Shown here: piece by piece, positions 35,855 through 41,238 of the stretch
How the letters are laid out: each line of letters opens with the position of its first letter
How positions within the stretch are numbered: the stretch's first letter is position 1
NCBI GenBank assembly: GCA_036519935.1
Contig: DATDKO010000129.1
Location: forward strand, 1-41,238
Source: Rubrobacter sp.
Lineage (GTDB): Bacteria > Actinomycetota > Rubrobacteria > Rubrobacterales > Rubrobacteraceae
Length of the DNA stretch: 41,238 nucleotides
Direction of reading: 5' to 3'
Program-made: the position numbers and the translations under genes
Notes under the pieces: generated by a model
Told to the model about the DNA's origin: nothing
What the model saw: only the letters and a program-made list of their open reading frames with translations
Database searches by the model: none

Positions 35855-37552
35855 ATGCAACGCCTCGGGGCAACGCTCGACCGCATAGACCGCAGGGGGT
35901 ACGGGGCCTACAAAGAGCTTTCAGGCACCCACGACTTCGAACTTTTCGTCCTGTTTGTAGACAGGGTGCAGCGTGATCCCTTCGCCCCACCTTCTCTGAT
36001 CCGGATCCGAACCAAAGTGAACCCTTACGATCCTACGCTCTTCGAGAATTCGGTGCGCAGGGTCGCCTTCGAAGACTTCCTTACCAGGAGCGTCGAGAGG
36101 GAGATCCGGCGCCTCGTGCGCGGAAACCGGGGCTCGGGTGGGAGCGGACAGGTCGAGATACAGCGGCCCTCCCAGGTCGTCCTCCCCCGCACCTCGATGG
36201 TCGTCGAGCCCGGATACGTCGAGGCCCGCATGGCCGTAGGCCTCCCCGCACGGGGCAGGAGCGTCGACGCCCGCGCGGCCAAAACTGTGCTGCTTGAAGA
36301 ACTGCCCGAGGTCGTGCGTAGGGGACTCCTTCCGGCCTCCGAGGGTGGCGTAGACGTGGAGAGGGCGAGGCTCCACGTCGAGTCGGTCGAGGACGCGGAT
36401 CACTTGCGGAGGCTACTTCCTGGGCTTGATCTGGTCGCGTTCGTAGCTGAGGGGGCGGTGTTGCCGAGGGAGAGCGGGAGGAGCGACAGGCCACTAAGAG
36501 ACGGTGCCGTACCGTTCGGGAGTCCGGTGGAGTACAGGGTAGAGGTAGAACTGCCCAACAGAGGTGTTGTGTCGGGGATGGGGGTTCCGGAGGGCGTCAC
36601 GCTCGTGGCCGGGGGCGGGTTCCACGGAAAGAGCACGCTGCTCTCGGCGCTCTCGTGGGGCGTTTACGACCACGTGCCAGGGGACGGCAGGGAGCTCGTT
36701 GTCACGCGGGGGGATGCGGTCAAGATCAGGGCCGAGGACGGCAGGAGCGTCTCCGGTGTGGACATCTCGGCCATGATCGGGGACCTACCAGGCGGCCGGA
36801 GCACAAAGAACTTCTCGACCCCGAACGCCTCGGGCTCGACCTCACAGGCTGCGAACATCGCCGAGGCCATCGAGGTGGGGACGTCGCTCCTGCTCGTGGA
36901 CGAGGACACGAGCGCGACGAATTTCATGGTCCGGGACGAGAGGATGCGCGAGCTGGTGAGGCGCGAGCCCATCTCGCCGTTTATAGACCTGGTGCGCCCC
37001 TTGCACCGCTCTCTTGGCGTCTCTACAGTCGTAGTGGTCGGGGGAGTCGGAGACTACCTTGACGTCGCTGACCGTGTGATCCTGCTCGAAAACTACGCGC
37101 CTTCCGACGCAACACCCCGCTCCCGCGAGATAACCAAGAGGTTCCCGCCCCGCTCCCCGCTCACGGACAGAGCGATGCCTCCACCGCGGAAGCGCGCCTT
37201 CGACGCAGCCTCGATAGATCTTCGACGGGGCAAACGACAGACCGCCCGTGGCAGGGGCCTCCACACCATCGAGCTGGGCCGCGAGCGGGTCGACCTCTCC
37301 TACCTGGAGCAGCTCGCGGAGGCCGGACAGACCGAGGCGGTGGCCCGTGTCATCGGGGAGTGGGCCGCCGCCGGCGAGGTCCGCGGAGTGGGGGAACGTA
37401 TCAGGGATTCGCTAGCCTCCGTCTCAGAGAAAGGTCTCGACTCTCTGAGCAGCTATAGGGGACACCCTGGTGAGATGAGCCTGCCTCGCGCCCAGGAAGT
37501 GGCCGCTACTATAAACCACCTCCGCCCGCTGCAGGCGGCCCCAAAGATGTAG
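35855..37552 (+). CDS. COG3044-type predicted ABC-class ATPase
   Basis: VQRDPFAPPS, LPRESG, GGGFHGKSTLL, NASGSTSQA, LLVDEDTSATNFM.RD. Confidence 0.88.
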   Translation: MQRLGATLDRIDRRGYGAYKELSGTHDFELFVLFVDRVQRDPFAPPSLIRIRTKVNPYDPTLFENSVRRVAFEDFLTRSVEREIRRLVRGNRGSGGSGQVEIQRPSQVVLPRTSMVVEPGYVEARMAVGLPARGRSVDARAAKTVLLEELPEVVRRGLLPASEGGVDVERARLHVESVEDADHLRRLLPGLDLVAFVAEGAVLPRESGRSDRPLRDGAVPFGSPVEYRVEVELPNRGVVSGMGVPEGVTLVAGGGFHGKSTLLSALSWGVYDHVPGDGRELVVTRGDAVKIRAEDGRSVSGVDISAMIGDLPGGRSTKNFSTPNASGSTSQAANIAEAIEVGTSLLLVDEDTSATNFMVRDERMRELVRREPISPFIDLVRPLHRSLGVSTVVVVGGVGDYLDVADRVILLENYAPSDATPRSREITKRFPPRSPLTDRAMPPPRKRAFDAASIDLRRGKRQTARGRGLHTIELGRERVDLSYLEQLAEAGQTEAVARVIGEWAAAGEVRGVGERIRDSLASVSEKGLDSLSSYRGHPGEMSLPRAQEVAATINHLRPLQAAPKM

Positions 37553-37591
37553 AAGCCGCCCTGTTCTGGCTGGTATCATTAGGTACTGAGC

Positions 37592-38374
37592 GTGGCGGAG
37601 ATCAGGGAACATCAGATAGAGGAAGCTACTGACGTGGACAACCCGGAGACGCCCTCCTGGTTCAGGTCGAAGGCCGTGGCCGTGCATCTGTACACGGCGA
37701 GCGGCGCGGTGCTCGCGCTCCTTATGCTCGTGGCCGCTTTCCAGGGTGAAGCCGTAAAGGCGCTTTGGCTGATGCTCGCATCGCTTCTGATCGACAGCAC
37801 CGACGGTCTCCTCGCCCGCCGCTTCAGGGTCAGCGAGGCGCTCCCCTTCTTCGACGGGGCGCTCCTGGACAACATCGTGGACTACATGACCTACGTCTTC
37901 GCCCCCGTGGTCCTGCTCTGGAGCGAAGGGTACTTACCCAACGGCAACGCGGGGATAGTTCTCGCCGCGCTGCCGCTTCTGGCCTCAAGCTACCAGTTCT
38001 GCCGCGTGGACGCCAAGACCGAGGACCATTACTTCCTCGGCTTCCCAAGCTACTTCAACGTCGTCGCCTTCTACGCCATCGTCTTCCATCCCGGTCCACT
38101 AGTGCTCGCCGCCGTACTCGTGGCCTGCTCATTCCTGGTCTTCGTCCCGATCCGCTACGTCTACCCGACGCGCACGGTCGCCTTCCGTAAGCTCTCCCTG
38201 ACGCTCACGACCCTGTGGCTAGCAAGCTACGCAACGATACTCTGGCAGATGCCTGACCCCGACCCCCTTATTCTGGCCTTCTCCATCCTCTACCTCGTCT
38301 ACTACTTCGGCCTCAGCCTCTATCTCTCGGGTAAGCTGCTCGAAGCTAGCCGCACCCAGGAGCGCCAAGCCTGA
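37592..38374 (+). CDS. pcs: CDP-alcohol phosphatidyltransferase, phosphatidylcholine synthase-like
   Basis: VHLYTASG, DSTDGLLAR...DGALLDNIVDY, FLGFPSYFN, PIRYVYP. Confidence 0.75.
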   Translation: MAEIREHQIEEATDVDNPETPSWFRSKAVAVHLYTASGAVLALLMLVAAFQGEAVKALWLMLASLLIDSTDGLLARRFRVSEALPFFDGALLDNIVDYMTYVFAPVVLLWSEGYLPNGNAGIVLAALPLLASSYQFCRVDAKTEDHYFLGFPSYFNVVAFYAIVFHPGPLVLAAVLVACSFLVFVPIRYVYPTRTVAFRKLSLTLTTLWLASYATILWQMPDPDPLILAFSILYLVYYFGLSLYLSGKLLEASRTQERQA

Positions 38375-38416
38375 AGCACGCTCCGGCTGACGCCTCCGCT
38401 TGTCAGTATTTCAGCT
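38375..38416. repeat. Short dispersed intergenic repeat, copy 2
   Basis: Similar to 5162-5203; begins immediately after the pcs-like stop codon. Confidence 0.55.
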
Positions 38417-38533
38417 TCTTGTTCTCTTCCATAGCGAAACGCGGGTGGCCGAGTAGCTGCACCTACCGGTAGCCTACGCTCTCAGGTAACGTCGTAGAAC
38501 CCGTCTCCTTCGCGGGAGAACAGGTCTCCAGGC

Positions 38534-38586
38534 TTGACATCCTCATGCCACTACCTTATTATCCCGAAAATGAACGTGTTCATTTT
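38534..38586 (+). promoter_or_regulatory. tetR promoter and palindromic operator
   Basis: TTGACA (38534-38539), 17 bp, TATTAT (38557-38562); AAAATGAAC-gt-GTTCATTTT (38567-38586) over the expected +1. Confidence 0.8.
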
Positions 38587-38600
38587 TACGAAAGGATGAG

Positions 38601-39320
38601 ATGGAAGAATCTTCGGGGCGGGTGTTGACGCCGAAAGCGCGTCGCACGAGGGGGCGGATTCTGGAGGCGGCGCTAGAGTTGTTCGCTGACAGAGGATACG
38701 AGGCGACGACGATGCGGGACGTGGCTCGGGAGGCGGGGGCCAGCCTGGGGCTCGCGTACCGGTATTTCGCGTCCAAGGAGGAGTTCGCGCTGGCGTTGTA
38801 CATGCGGTTGGCTGAGGAGTCCGAGGAGTGGGCCAGGGATGGGCTTGTGGAGGGGACGGTGGCGGAGCGATTCGAGGCAGCGATGCTCGCCAAGCTGGAT
38901 CAGGTATCCTCCCATCGCGGTCCACTGGCCGCCCTCCCCGCCCGCGCGCTCGACCCAAACTCCCCCCTCTCCGCGCTCGGTGAAGGCACCGCCGCGGTAC
39001 GCGAGAAGATGTGTGGCGTTTTCCTGGAGGTCGTGCGGGGTGCTAGCGACGCCCCCGGAGAGAAGCAGGCAAGAGAACTTGGTAACGTCCTCTACGCCCT
39101 GCACCTCGCCATCCTGCTCTACTGGTTCCACGATAAGACACCCGAGGCCAGCGCCACCCGCGAGCTCGTAGGCTCCGCCCGCGAGACGCTCCGGTACCTG
39201 CGGCCCGCGCTCCGGCTCCCACCGATGACCCACGTCCTCTCCCGGCTGACGGGGGCCCTGGAGAACGTGGGGATGAGTGGCCCCGAGCTAGGCAACACGG
39301 AACACACAGTCGAAGGGTAG
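38601..39320 (+). CDS. TetR/AcrR family regulator
   Basis: ILEAALELFA..GY..TTMRDVA..AG.S.G..Y.YF.SKEE. Confidence 0.92.
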   Translation: MEESSGRVLTPKARRTRGRILEAALELFADRGYEATTMRDVAREAGASLGLAYRYFASKEEFALALYMRLAEESEEWARDGLVEGTVAERFEAAMLAKLDQVSSHRGPLAALPARALDPNSPLSALGEGTAAVREKMCGVFLEVVRGASDAPGEKQARELGNVLYALHLAILLYWFHDKTPEASATRELVGSARETLRYLRPALRLPPMTHVLSRLTGALENVGMSGPELGNTEHTVEG

Positions 39321-39325
39321 GCAAG

Positions 39326-39508
39326 ATGGAAGCATTCGGACCCTTCTGGTCTTTCGAGCCGCCAATGGCCCTTTGGGGACTCGAGCTCGGCGCCGGCGCG
39401 CTGCTCTAGGACGTTTTCTGACGCAAAGTACTCTGGTACGCGGGGATGGGAATGGTGCTCGGCTGCCTGTACGGGCACGCATCTGGCCGGTCGAGAGACG
39501 ACTCGTAA
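39326..39508 (+). pseudogene. Small membrane-protein pseudogene
   Basis: ATG 5 bp after the tetR stop; frame MEAFGPFWSFEPPMALWGLELGAGALL*DVF*RKVLWYAGMGMVLGCLYG... with two internal stops. Confidence 0.4.
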
Positions 39509-39539
39509 AGAGGGTGAATGCATTAAACAAAAGACCAGG

Positions 39540-40421
39540 ATGGTGCGACCCAACGCTCTGGAAGTCGGGCTCGGCAATGTGATGGAATGGTCGATTCAGA
39601 GCTGGGTCAGCACAGGCCGGAAGGTGAGGATCGCGGAGGCGCCCTGGTTGGAAGGCCCTATCGGGAACAATTACATCGGTGCTGAATTCTATAAAGGTTA
39701 CGCGAGAGAAGTCGGCCTCGACGCGGTAACGGACGACGATGATGCAGGTCTGCTGCCGAACTTCTACGCGCTGGCGGGAGAGCGGTTCGATCCTTCTCTG
39801 GTCCGTCCCGAGATTCGAGACTTCTACGAGCGGACGGCACGCTACGATCTCTTCGCGCAGATAGGCTGGAGTGGCCCGTTCAAGCACCCGCCGCGGACCC
39901 TGCTCTACCTGGTCGGCCGCAATGTCGGGCAGTTCGACATCCCCCTCTCGACTCCGGCCGTAGCCATGAAGAACGAGCTGATCTGTCTCGAAGCTCCGCT
40001 CACGAACGAGAGGCCCTACGCCGGATGGCTCAGGCGGTCGGCCTCCACCGGGGAGGCCATGCTCGCCGGCCTGTATACCACCTGCGGGGTGCCGCGGGCG
40101 CGCGGGCGGTTCTTCAAGGGCGTCTACCCGCTGCCAGGAGGATCGGCGACGACGATCTTCCGCCCGGAGAATGGTCCTGACGGCTCCTTCGCGCTCGTCT
40201 CAGATGGCAGGCGCTTCGGAGAAGCGGGCTACTACCGGATCCACCGCACGGACAGGAACGCGCTGCGCGTGAAGCGCGTGCCGATGGAGGAGACTATACA
40301 CGTCTTCGTGGACTCCGAGGGCGCGCTCCACGCCCGCCACGCGTTCGCCTTCCGGAGAGCAAGGTTCCTAACCCTCCACTACGAGATCACACCGCACGAG
40401 CCACGTGCGAGCGCAGGGTAA
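39540..40421 (+). CDS. Conserved-looking hypothetical protein
   Basis: Long GC3-biased ORF (PEIRDFYERT, YPLPGG, FGEAGYY, LTLHY); last gene of the TetR unit; start uncertain. Confidence 0.75.
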   Translation: MVRPNALEVGLGNVMEWSIQSWVSTGRKVRIAEAPWLEGPIGNNYIGAEFYKGYAREVGLDAVTDDDDAGLLPNFYALAGERFDPSLVRPEIRDFYERTARYDLFAQIGWSGPFKHPPRTLLYLVGRNVGQFDIPLSTPAVAMKNELICLEAPLTNERPYAGWLRRSASTGEAMLAGLYTTCGVPRARGRFFKGVYPLPGGSATTIFRPENGPDGSFALVSDGRRFGEAGYYRIHRTDRNALRVKRVPMEETIHVFVDSEGALHARHAFAFRRARFLTLHYEITPHEPRASAG

Positions 40422-40486
40422 CAAACGCTTTGACGCGCCTTCGCGCTGTTGTTAGGCTCAATGAGTACCCTCTGGAAAGGAAGAGC

Positions 40487-41238
40487 ATGGCGCTGAACGA
40501 GGCACTATTGAAGCGGTTGATCGAGACGCCCGGTGTCTCCGGGCGGGAGGAGCGGCAGCGCGAGATAGCACGCGAGGAACTTGGCTCTCTGACGGATGAG
40601 GTCAGCACCGACGCCCTTGGGAGCGTTATCGGGACGAAGAAGGGGAGCGGCGACGGGCGCGTGATGGTCGCCGCGCACACAGACGAGATCGGCTACCTCG
40701 TCAAACACATAGACGACAAGGGCTTCGTGCGCCTGCAGACCCTGGGCGGGCATGATCCCACCAACATGGTCTCCCAGAGGGTCCTCGTAACGACCGCCAC
40801 GGGCGAGACGCTCCGCGGCACGCTCCAGCCGGCGCGCAAGCCACCGCACCTGGCGCGCGGCGAGGAGCAGAAACCGCCGAAGGCCGACGAGTTCTACGTA
40901 GACCTGGGCATGGACGCCGAGACGGTCAAGGAGAAGGTGCAGATCGGGGACTACGTGGTCATGGACCGCACCCTGGAGAAAGTCGGGGAGACCTACGTCG
41001 GCAAGGCGATGGACGACCGCGTCGGCGTCTTCGTAATGTACGAGGCGCTGAGGGCTATGGGAGACCACCAGGCGACCATCTTCGCCGCCGCCACCTCGCA
41101 GGAGGAGGTCGGCCTGCGCGGCGCGGAAGCTAGCGGTTCGGCCCTGGAGCCTACGGTCGTCGTCGCGCTCGACGTGACGCTCGCGATGGACGTGCCAGGC
41201 GCCGGTAAAGAGAACACCATAACCGAGCTAGGCAAAGG
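40487..41238 (+). CDS. M42 family metallopeptidase (runs off the window; absent from the ORF track)
   Basis: Translated by hand: MALNEALLKRLIETPGVSGRE...AAHTDEIG...GKAMDDRVG...QEEVGLRGA...ALDVT. Confidence 0.92.
   Translation, partial: MALNEALLKRLIETPGVSGREERQREIAREELGSLTDEVSTDALGSVIGTKKGSGDGRVMVAAHTDEIGYLVKHIDDKGFVRLQTLGGHDPTNMVSQRVLVTTATGETLRGTLQPARKPPHLARGEEQKPPKADEFYVDLGMDAETVKEKVQIGDYVVMDRTLEKVGETYVGKAMDDRVGVFVMYEALRAMGDHQATIFAAATSQEEVGLRGAEASGSALEPTVVVALDVTLAMDVPGAGKENTITELGK

Noticed and set aside
1-41238. CRISPR array, integrase, transposase, prophage or defence genes
   Set aside because: No regularly spaced repeats or corresponding protein motifs seen

Overview
High-GC actinobacterial DNA. 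The gene content (mutS/mutL present, F420-dependent LLM enzyme, IclR-leuCD, apparent leaderless starts) is most consistent with a deep-branching lineage such as Rubrobacteria; this is inference. Housekeeping genes (mutL, mutS, nucleoside hydrolase, bcp, leuCD, trpS, pcs-like, M42 peptidase) flank a ~15 kb accessory block (8696-23736). That block lies exactly between the N- and C-terminal halves of a tandem-DUF427 gene and carries a tRNA-Gln 3' fragment. It also holds a candidate FadR/GntR-regulated, Zn-dependent cyclic-amide/N-heterocycle catabolic cluster: MFS, two SDRs, asparaginase-like, M20 carbamoylase, hydantoinase, isochorismatase-family amidase, stand-alone GAF, OCD/mu-crystallin, PuuE/PgdA-like deacetylase, CxxC small protein and COG0523 GTPase. 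Next to it is a compact LOV blue-light histidine kinase/NarL pair. A Crp-family gene is divergent from the kinase and is preceded by a ~220-nt, extensively base-paired candidate RNA that I cannot assign to a known family. Other oddities are a MutL lacking its CPHGRP motif, two methyltransferases placed at the head of the leuCD operon, a short dispersed post-stop repeat and several pseudogene remnants. No CRISPR, rRNA, complete tRNA, integrase or transposase was seen.
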